This document shows, piece after piece, positions 17,567 through 27,199 of a DNA stretch of 46,832 nucleotides. Each line of letters starts with the position of its first letter. The first letter of the stretch is position 1. The DNA is from Candidatus Staskawiczbacteria bacterium. Lineage in GTDB: Bacteria > Patescibacteriota > Minisyncoccia > Minisyncoccales > Staskawiczbacteraceae. Position numbers and translations under genes: made by a program. The stretch is from the NCBI GenBank assembly GCA_903928565.1, contig CAIYRH010000009.1, positions 1-46,832 of the forward strand, in the 5' to 3' direction. The notes beneath the pieces are model-generated. The model had not been told where the DNA came from. It saw only the letters and a program-made list of their open reading frames with translations, and did not search any database.

Positions 17567-18115
17567 TACGTTAACGGGTTGTTTTTCGGATTCGCTGGTT
17601 GTTTGGAATAATTCCATTTCTTTAAATCCAAACGAGCCTGCAATTAAGTTTGCCGGAAAACTTTCAATTTTAATGTTAAGGTCTCTAACGTTTCCGTTGT
17701 AAAACCTTCTGGCGGCTTGAATTTTGTCTTCGGTGTCTGAAATTTCTCTTTGTAATTCTAAGAAATTTGTAGAAGCTTTTAAATCGGGGTAATTTTCAGC
17801 TACTGCAAACAAACTTTTTAAGGTGCCAGAAAGTGCGTTTTCCGCTTCTGCTTTGTTGGTAAGCCCTGTAGCTCCCATTGCGGCAGTTCGGGCTTGCGTT
17901 ACCTTTTCAAACAACTCCCTTTCGTGCGTGGCATAACCTTTTACGGTTTCTACTAAATTTGGAATTAGATCGTACCTTCTTTTTGTTTGTACATCAATGT
18001 CGGACAAAGCTTCTTTTGCCCGGTTTTTTAACACAACCAAACCATTGAATACGCCAATTATCCACAAAACTAATAATACTACAACTACAACTATAAACCA
18101 CAATAATGTTGTCAT
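17558..18115 (-). CDS. lemA: LemA family protein
   Basis: DIDVQTKRRYDLIPNLVETVKGY, AVAENYPDLKAS, RRFYN, FPANLIA. Confidence 0.95.
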   Translation of the reverse strand: MTTLLWFIVVVVVLLVLWIIGVFNGLVVLKNRAKEALSDIDVQTKRRYDLIPNLVETVKGYATHERELFEKVTQARTAAMGATGLTNKAEAENALSGTLKSLFAVAENYPDLKASTNFLELQREISDTEDKIQAARRFYNGNVRDLNIKIESFPANLIAGSFGFKEMELFQTTSESEKQPVNVKF

Positions 18116-18121
18116 ATGTTT

Positions 18122-18655
18122 TTATTTTGGCAAGCCAGACTCAATAAGCATTGTTATGTGCTCATGTTGAGTCTCAAACTTGTAATTAAATAATTTTAAT
18201 ATCATTAAAAAATCTGCAACTTCAGATTTAAAAATTTCGGGCCCCGAGAACACTTCCCATAATTGTAATACGAGATTTTTAGTGTAATGGTTTAAAATTT
18301 CGTAGTCGGACTTTGTTTTTAAATAATTTATTATTTGTTTAAATTCTCCCCTATCTAGCCAAATGCCCTCGCACATTTTACAAAAGTCCACTCTGGTTTT
18401 TGAGCCGTCGTACTTTACTTCTTTCAAACCCGCTCTGCAAACAGGGCAATGTTTGTTGCCATGCACAACTTCAAACCTAGATTTGTCGCGCCATAAATCA
18501 ACGTCAACCCAATTTAATTGCGCATCTTTGTCGTCTTTTGCCTGGCGCAATTCGTCTTTATCAAACCACATACCCAAACACTTTGGGCAGTAATTAACTT
18601 CTACATTATGAAACAAAACTTTCTCTAAATACTCGTTATCTTTTGGACAATTCAT
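18122..18655 (-). CDS. Double zinc-ribbon (zf-TFIIB-like) protein
   Basis: Two CP.C/D...CP.C.G.W.D..E units. Confidence 0.85.
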   Translation of the reverse strand: MNCPKDNEYLEKVLFHNVEVNYCPKCLGMWFDKDELRQAKDDKDAQLNWVDVDLWRDKSRFEVVHGNKHCPVCRAGLKEVKYDGSKTRVDFCKMCEGIWLDRGEFKQIINYLKTKSDYEILNHYTKNLVLQLWEVFSGPEIFKSEVADFLMILKLFNYKFETQHEHITMLIESGLPK

Positions 18656-18716
18656 ATCAATATATTATTAATTTCTATATTCTAACTATAACAAAAACCT
18701 ACCAAAATACAAGCAT

Positions 18717-18750
18717 AAAAAAAGAGCCCGGCGACAAGTCGCAAGGCCTC
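18717..18750 (-). terminator. Terminator of ORFan islet D
   Basis: Minus strand GAGGCCTTGCGAC-TT-GTCGCCGGGCTC-T7. Confidence 0.65.
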
Positions 18751-19033
18751 AACTAAGCTTCCTGAGAATACAGGTGACGCAATCCACTAATGGAACTTCG
18801 GCATCTTCATCTGCGAGATCATCATCAAATAATGGGACGGGCATTGTTGACACTTCCGTGCCAACAGAAATTATTTCCGCATAACCGGAATTATTGTGTC
18901 CGCACTCCCACATAATATGGTCTCCAACCAATGGATTCCAATCTACTGGAAACTGACTCTCAACCGCCTGTCTACGGTCTAGGCACCGCATCGTATCCGG
19001 CGTTATGTCCCAGATGACATTTATAATAGGCAT
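18749..19033 (-). CDS. Hypothetical protein (94 aa)
   Basis: Start at ATG 19033 after CTAACCGAAAGGAA. A longer start would overlap the upstream gene. Confidence 0.7.
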   Translation of the reverse strand: MPIINVIWDITPDTMRCLDRRQAVESQFPVDWNPLVGDHIMWECGHNNSGYAEIISVGTEVSTMPVPLFDDDLADEDAEVPLVDCVTCILRKLS

Positions 19034-19061
19034 GGCTGTATTCCTTTCGGTTAGTGCGCTA

Positions 19062-19343
19062 TTAGAGATTATAAGCAGTTCCGCCCAATTCACGGAACAT
19101 TCGTTTAATGGGCATCGGTGGTTTCATGCCACCAGAATGAGCAACCATATAATAAGAACCATCGGGCAGCATGAGCCTAAGCTGAATGCCGTTGCAAAGC
19201 ATTTCTACTTCTTCGGCCGAAACTCGAGACGAATCCTGAACAAAAATTCTACCACCCCTATTTTCGATTTCGATGGTCGGTATGTTGCGCGGTCCCAAAT
19301 GGCCCCCTAATTCAACTAATTCCGCGATAGTTTTTATTGCCAT
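19062..19343 (-). CDS. Hypothetical protein (93 aa)
   Basis: Start at ATG 19343 after CTAACCGAGGGAAG, downstream of the promoter. Confidence 0.7.
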   Translation of the reverse strand: MAIKTIAELVELGGHLGPRNIPTIEIENRGGRIFVQDSSRVSAEEVEMLCNGIQLRLMLPDGSYYMVAHSGGMKPPMPIKRMFRELGGTAYNL

Positions 19344-19411
19344 AATTTTCTTCCCTCGGTTAGATAATTTCAAAGGTCTGATTTTGGGTGGCACCGTGCC
19401 ACGTTGTTTAT

Positions 19412-19440
19412 ACATTACCGCAAACCGCATTTTCTGTCAA
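19412..19440 (-). promoter_or_regulatory. sigma70 promoter of islet D
   Basis: TTGACA-17-TAATGT, 3 nt after the groEL terminator T tract. Confidence 0.7.
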
Positions 19441-19443
19441 ACC

Positions 19444-19464
19444 AAAAAGAGGCTCTCGCCCCTT
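19444..19464 (-). terminator. groEL terminator
   Basis: AGGGGC-GAGA-GCCTCT-TTTT on the minus strand. Confidence 0.7.
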
Positions 19465-19465
19465 A

Positions 19466-19493
19466 TTGAAAATTTAAAATTGAAAATTGAAAA
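19466..19493 (-). repeat. TTTTCAA heptamer x4 right after the groEL stop
   Basis: Plus strand TTGAAAA TTTAAAA TTGAAAA TTGAAAA. Confidence 0.6.
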
Positions 19494-19498
19494 TTCGT

Positions 19499-21139
<1,641 letters not shown>

Positions 21140-21147
21140 TTAAGTGA

Positions 21148-21273
21148 GGGCTTTTACGAAAGAAACGGCAACGGAAGCCCCGCATTGTCGGGGCTGAGTT
21201 ACAAGCGCGTTTGAAATTGTATAAATTTAAACTACAATTTCAAACGACGCTGTGTTTCTGAAGTAAAATGCCC
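21148..21273. mobile_element. MITE-like nested-hairpin element between groES and groEL
   Basis: 6-bp TIRs AGAAAC/GTTTCT (21161-21259) flanked by GAA direct repeats. Internal stems of 7 bp and 14 bp. Confidence 0.5.
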
Positions 21274-21279
21274 GAACGA

Positions 21280-21570
21280 TTATTCTATTATTGCTAAAAT
21301 ATCGCTTTCCGAAGCAATTAAATATTCTTTTCCATCTATTTTAATATCGTGCGGTCCATATTTTGTAAACAAAACTTTGTCACCCGTCTTTACCGACATA
21401 ATCATCATTTTTCCATCTTCCATTTTTTTTCCTGGGCCAACAGCAATTACTTTTCCCTCTTCTGACTTTTCTTTATTAGCGGTATCGGGTAAAAAAATCC
21501 CGGCTTTTGTTTTTTCTTCTTCTTTTACGGGTTCAATTAAAATATGATCTGAAAGTGGTCTTATAGTCAT
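21280..21570 (-). CDS. groS: Co-chaperonin GroES
   Basis: IRPLSDHILI, TKAGIFLPD, VIAVGPG, SESDILAII. Confidence 0.97.
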   Translation of the reverse strand: MTIRPLSDHILIEPVKEEEKTKAGIFLPDTANKEKSEEGKVIAVGPGKKMEDGKMMIMSVKTGDKVLFTKYGPHDIKIDGKEYLIASESDILAIIE

Positions 21571-21608
21571 TTTTTTATCTTATTTTATTATCTTAATTAA
21601 TATAATGT

Positions 21609-21637
21609 AATTTAATCAATTAAAAGCCTCTTGTCAA
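21609..21637 (-). promoter_or_regulatory. sigma70 promoter of groES/EL
   Basis: TTGACA-17-TAAATT. Confidence 0.6.
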
Positions 21638-21658
21638 TCCTTCGACTACCGCTCAGGA
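21638..21658. repeat. TCCTTCGACTACCGCTCAGGA repeat (family also at 24251 and 27745)
   Basis: Matches the CCCTTCGAC.(.)GCTCAGGG copies and abuts the groES -35. Confidence 0.75.
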
Positions 21659-21659
21659 C

Positions 21660-21684
21660 AAAAAAAATCCACGACGCGCGTGGA
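21660..21684 (-). terminator. Terminator of islet E
   Basis: TCCACG-5 nt-CGTGGA followed by T8 on the minus strand. Confidence 0.65.
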
Positions 21685-21707
21685 CATACCACTAAAAGAG
21701 TTAGCTG

Positions 21708-22109
21708 TTAGTTAATATCGCGCTCAATCCTTTCGAATTGATGCCGAGTTAAGATACCGCCAGCAAGAGTCTGAATATATTCAAGAAGTAACAGGGCATA
21801 TGATATGCCATCACTTCCTGACGGAACACACTCCGCAACAATTTTTTCTGCAGCTTTTTTTGCCAAATTAAACTTTTGTGCATCGGTGACATACGAAACA
21901 TTTTCCGATTCCGATGGGTCAATGGGATATGGGCCAAAGGTCCCATCTTTATAACAAGCTACGCCAACGCCGACGGCTCTTATCGCAACTTGTACCTCTT
22001 CCCTAAATGAGTCAAAACGAACGTTTCCGGGCTGAATATGGTAATTGGTACCGGGTATGGTACGGAGATGTTCCGGTAACAAGTCTTCTGGACGCAATAT
22101 AAGTTTCAT
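21708..22109 (-). CDS. Hypothetical protein (133 aa), islet E
   Basis: AGAAGGAA upstream of the ATG. TTGACA at 22187-22182, 2 nt after the uvrA stop. Confidence 0.75.
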   Translation of the reverse strand: MKLILRPEDLLPEHLRTIPGTNYHIQPGNVRFDSFREEVQVAIRAVGVGVACYKDGTFGPYPIDPSESENVSYVTDAQKFNLAKKAAEKIVAECVPSGSDGISYALLLLEYIQTLAGGILTRHQFERIERDIN

Positions 22110-22189
22110 AACTTTTCCTTCTAGTTTATGGTTTCTGATTGTTTAAGAACCGGCTTTAAATTAACACATTGACGCCTTTTGTGTCAAAT

Positions 22190-25006
22190 TTATAAATACC
22201 TTCCGGTGTAACTCTTTTTAATCTTCTTGATGTCAGCTGGCGTGCCTTCACCAATAATTTGGCCGCCGCCTTCTCCACCTTCGGGGCCCAAGTCAATTAA
22301 CCAATCAGCGTTTTTAATAAGCTCTATGTTGTGCTCAATAACCAAAACCGTGTTACCCTTATCAACCAACCCACCCAAAACAGATATTAATTTTTTTATG
22401 TCATCAAAATGCAAACCGGTTGTTGGCTCGTCTAAAATGTAAAGTGTCTTGCCCGTGCCCTTGCGTGAAAGTTCGGTTGCCAATTTTACCCTTTGCGCTT
22501 CTCCTCCAGACAAACTTGTTGCCGCCTGCCCCAACTCAACATAAGACAAACCAACTTCTTTTAAAGTTTTCAATTTTTCGTAAAGGCCGGTAATATTTTT
22601 AAAAAATTCCAAAGCTTCTTCAACATTCATTTCTAAAACTTCGGCAATGTTTTTGTCTTTATAAGTAACTTCCAAAACTTCTTTGCTATATCTTTTGCCT
22701 TGGCATTCTTCGCACTCAACATAAATGTCTGGTAAAAAATACATTTCAACTTTTTTCTGGCCTTGGCCCTCACAAGCCTCGCACCGGCCACCTTTTACAT
22801 TAAAAGAAAATCTTCCGGCTGAATAACCGCGCACACGGGCCTCTTTTGTTTTAACAAAAATATCTCTAATTGCCGAAAATGCACCCGTGTATGTTGCCGG
22901 GTTGCTCCGCGGAGTCCTGCCAATTGGTGACTGGTCAACTAAAACAACTTTATTTATGTTTTCAATTCCCAAAATTTCTTTATGTTTGCCGGGCTCATCT
23001 TTGGCTCTGTAAAACTTTTTTAACAAACTTTTTGCCAAAATATCGTTCACCAAAGAAGATTTTCCCGAACCCGACGCCCCGGTTACGCAAACAAACTTTT
23101 CAAGCGGTATTTTTACGTCTATATTTTTAAGATTATGTTCTTGTGCCCCAATTATTTCTAAAAATTTGGTTAAGTCGGACTTCACCAAATTTTTCTTTGA
23201 CTTTGGACGATCTACTTTTAATTTTCCAGATAAATATTTCCCAGTTAAGCAATCTGATTTTAAAATTTCTTTATACGTGCCTTCAAAAACTACTTTTCCG
23301 CCGTGCTTTCCCGCTCCCGGCCCAATGTCTACAATCCAATCGGCGGCCTGCATTGTTTGCGGGTCGTGCTCAACCACAATAACCGTGTTGCCAAGTTCTT
23401 TTAATTTTACTAAAGTGTCAATTAATTTATGCTGGTCGCGCGCATGCAAGCCAATTGATGGTTCGTCTAAAATATATAAAACTCCCGAAAGTTTTGAGCC
23501 AATTTGTGTTGCCAATCTTATGCGTTGTTCTTCTCCTCCAGCCAATGTCCCAGCTTTTCTGGAAAGCGTTAGGTAGGACAGCCCAACATCATCTAAAAAT
23601 TGTGTCCTACTAATTATTTCTTTTAAAATTGGTTTGCTAATTTTATTTTCAGTCAAACCAGAGAAAAACTTTCCAAGCTTATCAACCGGTAAATCAACAA
23701 CCTTATCAATTGACAAGTCATTTATTGTAACTGCCAAAACTTCGGGCTTTAACCTTTTGCCTTTACACTTTGGGCAAAGTTTTATAACCATATATTGCTC
23801 AATTTCTTGCCGTGTCCAGTCGGAGTCAGTTTCGTGGTATCTTCTTTCTAAATGTGGCACAACGCCTTCAAAGCCGGGCTCGCCGTACAAAATAATATCA
23901 ATAATTTTTTGGGGTAAATCTTTAACTTCATCATCTAAAGAAAATTTGTGCTTTTGCGAAAGCTCTAAAAGTTTTGTATATAAATAACCCTGTCTTCCCA
24001 ATTTGTGCGAAGCTCGGCTCCAAGGCCAAACAGCGCCCTCAGCCAAAGTTAGCCCTTTGTTTGGAATTACCAATTCGGGGTCAACTTCCAATTTTTCACC
24101 AAGCCCGGTGCATTCTGTGCAGGCGCCATAAGGGTTGTTAAAAGAAAACAATCGGGGCTCTAACTCTGGCAAAGAAATTCCGCAGTCTTCGCAAGCAAAA
24201 TGCTCGGAGAAAACAAAATCAGAATAGTTTTGTTTTTCCCGAGCATTTTGCCCTGAGCCGTGTCGAAGGGCTTCTTTGATATTCGTGCTTACAATTACTA
24301 TTCCCTTTCCTAAATGCAGGGCAGTTTCTAAAGAATCTACTAATCTTGACCTGTCCAATTCTTTATTTAAAATTAACCTGTCAACAACCACTTCAATGTC
24401 ATGTTTTTTTTGTTTATCTAAGGGTTTGTCTAGGGTTTCTTCAACCTGAAAAATAATTCCATCAATTCTTACGCGTACAAAACCACCTCTTTGAATTTCT
24501 TCTAAAACTCCGTGGTACTCACCCTTTTTACCTCTAATTACCGGCCCCAAAATAGTAATTTCAGAAGATTTTGGTAATTTCATTACTTGGTCAACAATTT
24601 GGTCAACGGTTTGGCGTGAAATTATTTTTCCGCAATTTGGGCAATGCGGTTTTCCAATTCTTGCATACAAAAGACGCAGATAATCATAAATTTCTGTTAT
24701 TGTCCCAACAGTTGAACGTGGGTTGTGAGTAGATTTTCTTTGGTCAATTGAAATTGCCGGCGAAATTCCTTCAATTTTATCTACATCGGGCTTGTCCATT
24801 ATTCCCAAAAACTGTCTAGCGTAAGCCGACAAACTTTCAACATATCTTCTTTGCCCTTCGGCGTAAAGCGTATCAAAAGCCAAAGATGATTTTCCCGAAC
24901 CAGAAAGTCCAGTAATTACAATCAACTTATTTTTGGGCAAATCTAAATCAATATTTTTTAGATTATGCACTCTGGCTCCTCGTATTTTGATAAACTCATT
25001 TTGCAT
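22190..25006 (-). CDS. uvrA: Excinuclease ABC subunit A
   Basis: Two Walker A motifs ([18 protein letters not shown]), zinc fingers, LSGGEAQR signature. Confidence 0.98.
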   Translation of the reverse strand: MQNEFIKIRGARVHNLKNIDLDLPKNKLIVITGLSGSGKSSLAFDTLYAEGQRRYVESLSAYARQFLGIMDKPDVDKIEGISPAISIDQRKSTHNPRSTVGTITEIYDYLRLLYARIGKPHCPNCGKIISRQTVDQIVDQVMKLPKSSEITILGPVIRGKKGEYHGVLEEIQRGGFVRVRIDGIIFQVEETLDKPLDKQKKHDIEVVVDRLILNKELDRSRLVDSLETALHLGKGIVIVSTNIKEALRHGSGQNAREKQNYSDFVFSEHFACEDCGISLPELEPRLFSFNNPYGACTECTGLGEKLEVDPELVIPNKGLTLAEGAVWPWSRASHKLGRQGYLYTKLLELSQKHKFSLDDEVKDLPQKIIDIILYGEPGFEGVVPHLERRYHETDSDWTRQEIEQYMVIKLCPKCKGKRLKPEVLAVTINDLSIDKVVDLPVDKLGKFFSGLTENKISKPILKEIISRTQFLDDVGLSYLTLSRKAGTLAGGEEQRIRLATQIGSKLSGVLYILDEPSIGLHARDQHKLIDTLVKLKELGNTVIVVEHDPQTMQAADWIVDIGPGAGKHGGKVVFEGTYKEILKSDCLTGKYLSGKLKVDRPKSKKNLVKSDLTKFLEIIGAQEHNLKNIDVKIPLEKFVCVTGASGSGKSSLVNDILAKSLLKKFYRAKDEPGKHKEILGIENINKVVLVDQSPIGRTPRSNPATYTGAFSAIRDIFVKTKEARVRGYSAGRFSFNVKGGRCEACEGQGQKKVEMYFLPDIYVECEECQGKRYSKEVLEVTYKDKNIAEVLEMNVEEALEFFKNITGLYEKLKTLKEVGLSYVELGQAATSLSGGEAQRVKLATELSRKGTGKTLYILDEPTTGLHFDDIKKLISVLGGLVDKGNTVLVIEHNIELIKNADWLIDLGPEGGEGGGQIIGEGTPADIKKIKKSYTGRYL
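24251..24270 (-). repeat. In-frame CCCTTCGACACGGCTCAGGG repeat inside uvrA
   Basis: Encodes ALRHGSG. Same family as 21638 and 27745. Confidence 0.75.
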
Positions 25007-25024
25007 AAATTAAAGTGGTTTGTC

Positions 25025-25053
25025 ATTATACAACTTTATTTTGCCATGTTCAA
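25025..25053 (-). promoter_or_regulatory. sigma70 promoter of uvrA
   Basis: TTGAAC-17-TATAAT. Confidence 0.7.
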
Positions 25054-25056
25054 TAG

Positions 25057-25076
25057 CCCGCCTACCGGCAGGCAGG
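25057..25076. repeat. CCCGCCTACCGGCAGGCAGG imperfect hairpin repeat
   Basis: Related copy in-frame in dnaG. Lies 3 nt from the uvrA -35. Confidence 0.7.
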
Positions 25077-25083
25077 TCAACGC

Positions 25084-25112
25084 AAAAGCCACCCCGTTGC
25101 GCGAGGTGGCTT
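25084..25112 (-). terminator. Terminator of the surface-protein gene
   Basis: GCCACC-11 nt-GGTGGC-TTTT on the minus strand. Confidence 0.7.
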
Positions 25113-25125
25113 AAAAAAGATTTAT

Positions 25126-27120
25126 TTATTTTTTCAACAACACCTGCACTTGCGCCATTATTTGCGCCAACGCAGCAGAAATTGATGCTAAATTGCTTGG
25201 TTCAACATTTGCACTGGTCGTCGATGTTTTCGGGGCCGAGCAAGAAGCAACTTTCCCACTACGCCACATTATACACGACCACGTCCATGGGCCAGAACCG
25301 GTTACCGCCGTATTTGTTCCGACTGAACAAAGATTTATTGTTGGGGCTGTTGCAACTGCCACGCCGTTAGCCGAGCCACAAACACCATCTGCAATTGATG
25401 ACTCATGCGCGCTGCAATCGGCTGTTGTTCCGCCGTTTGCACCCTTACACGACCACCACCAACCTCCTCCCACACCTGCATAAATAACATGAGACACGGC
25501 ACCAGCTTCGCCAGACAAACAAAGTTCGGTTGTTGGGGCTGTTGTGGTATAAGTTCCATTTGAAAAACCGCAACGGCCATTTATTCCCAAGGTCACAAGA
25601 TTTCCAGTAGCTGTTGAAATTCCGGCTGTTTTAGATGGAACTGTTCCACCGGGCACATTCACGGAAGGCGTTTTGTAATTTTCTAGGCCAGCTGTTTGGC
25701 GCGTTGTTGTGCCGTTAATTGTGTAATCAATTTCGCTAATTTTGAAATAAACAAAACCCGAGCCTCCTCTGTAAGTTGCGCTAACGGTTGCTGTTGCAGT
25801 TGAGCCGTCTGGAATATTGCCAACTGGCGAAGTGCTAACATTTACACTACTTACGGGCAATACTGTGCAACTGCCGTTAACGTTGCAAAACTGCACAATC
25901 ACATTACTTGAATTCAATGCTGAAATTATTCCTCCGTGAGCTGTAATTTTGTAAGTAATTACACCAGTTTCATAGCTAAGAGCTGGGTTTGAAACATTTG
26001 GGGTATAGGTTACATTGGCAGTAAGCATTGTTAAACTTGCTGAAGGCTGAGCTGGCGGAACGCCGGTAATCATAGCCGAACAAGAAGCAGTTGTTCCACC
26101 ATTAGAACCAACACATGTCCACGTTCCTGGGCCCGAGCCCAAAATGGTAACAGGCGTTGAAGTTCCAGCTGCGCAAAGGTTTGCGTCGGGTGGAAGCACC
26201 GTGTAAGTCATTCCATTTGCTGTACCGCAAGCACCATTTACTAAAGCAACTCCACCGGGCACATTCACGGAAGGCGTTTTGTAATTTTCTAAGCCGGTAG
26301 TTTGACGAGTTGTTGTACCACCAATTGTATAGTCAATTTCACTAATTTTAAAATAAACAAATCCCGAGCCTCCTCTGTAAGTTGCGCTAACTGTTACTGT
26401 TGCGGTTGAGCCGTCATAAATGCTTCCTGTTGGCGAAGTGCTAACATTTACATTGCTTGCGGGCAAAACTGTGCAAGTGCCGTTAACATTGCAAAATTGC
26501 ACAACAACGTTATTGGAATTCAACGGTGAAATTATTCCTCCGTGAGCTGTAATTTTGTAAGTAATTATACCGGTTTCATAGCTAAGTGCTGGGTTTGAAA
26601 CATTGGGAGTATAGGCAACGTTACTAAAAACATATGCAAGTGTTGCATAACCTTGGTTTTGCGCAACCATTGTAAAATTATTATCGCTTATGTCTTGAAA
26701 TAAAACTCCCTTAACTGTTGCATTTACATTAAACCTGTAATTATTGCCCACAACAGCACCGTTGGGTGCAAAAGCCATAGTTTGTATAGTGGCATTGGTT
26801 ACAACGCCATTTTGAGAAGCCATATAACCACCTCCTGTTGTGCTCAAGTCAACTTCGTATGGAGTGCCCACTGGTAAAGTGGTTGTAAAAGAGACTGTAA
26901 TTGGTTGCCCAATGGCAAATGTTTCTCCACCGTTTGGCGAAACAATAGTAATAGTTGGCATACCTTGGGCATTCTGAAGAGCATTTAATTGAGCCGCCAA
27001 AGAGGCTATTAGGGCCTGCAAATCTGATAGTTGGTCAGCATTTGTTATGGCCGGCATAGCCACGGAAAACAAAATTGCTGTTGCCAAAACAGCTACCACT
27101 ACGAGAGATTTAATTTTCAT
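25126..27120 (-). CDS. Secreted multidomain surface protein (664 aa)
   Basis: Signal peptide, LQALIASLAAQL coiled coil, PTITIVSPNGGE Ig-like start, duplicated 121-aa domain, three NG.CG..NG...LC..G...W.W.C repeats. Confidence 0.88.
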   Translation of the reverse strand: MKIKSLVVVAVLATAILFSVAMPAITNADQLSDLQALIASLAAQLNALQNAQGMPTITIVSPNGGETFAIGQPITVSFTTTLPVGTPYEVDLSTTGGGYMASQNGVVTNATIQTMAFAPNGAVVGNNYRFNVNATVKGVLFQDISDNNFTMVAQNQGYATLAYVFSNVAYTPNVSNPALSYETGIITYKITAHGGIISPLNSNNVVVQFCNVNGTCTVLPASNVNVSTSPTGSIYDGSTATVTVSATYRGGSGFVYFKISEIDYTIGGTTTRQTTGLENYKTPSVNVPGGVALVNGACGTANGMTYTVLPPDANLCAAGTSTPVTILGSGPGTWTCVGSNGGTTASCSAMITGVPPAQPSASLTMLTANVTYTPNVSNPALSYETGVITYKITAHGGIISALNSSNVIVQFCNVNGSCTVLPVSSVNVSTSPVGNIPDGSTATATVSATYRGGSGFVYFKISEIDYTINGTTTRQTAGLENYKTPSVNVPGGTVPSKTAGISTATGNLVTLGINGRCGFSNGTYTTTAPTTELCLSGEAGAVSHVIYAGVGGGWWWSCKGANGGTTADCSAHESSIADGVCGSANGVAVATAPTINLCSVGTNTAVTGSGPWTWSCIMWRSGKVASCSAPKTSTTSANVEPSNLASISAALAQIMAQVQVLLKK
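25646..26615 (-). repeat. Internal 364-bp direct duplication (25646-26009 and 26252-26615)
   Basis: No indels. About 46 mismatches (about 87% identity) by hand count. Confidence 0.9.
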
Positions 27121-27151
27121 ATTTAAAATTAAATTAAATTAATATTATATA

Positions 27152-27179
27152 ATCATACGCCTACTGGAAATCGTGTCAA
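27152..27179 (-). promoter_or_regulatory. sigma70 promoter of the surface-protein gene
   Basis: TTGACA-16-TATGAT. Confidence 0.65.
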
Positions 27180-27199
27180 GTTTGTTGTAATATATTTTT

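Noticed and set aside
21571-21640. CIRCE element upstream of groES
   Set aside because: No TTAGCACTC-N9-GAGTGCTAA or a close variant is present.
25020-25580. Plus-strand ORFs 25020..25370, 25193..25483 and 25335..25580
   Set aside because: They are antisense shadows of the surface-protein gene and span promoter and terminator elements.
25646-26615. DGR template/variable repeat pair
   Set aside because: Both copies are in-frame coding, mismatches go in both directions and many are synonymous rather than adenine-specific, and there is no reverse transcriptase.
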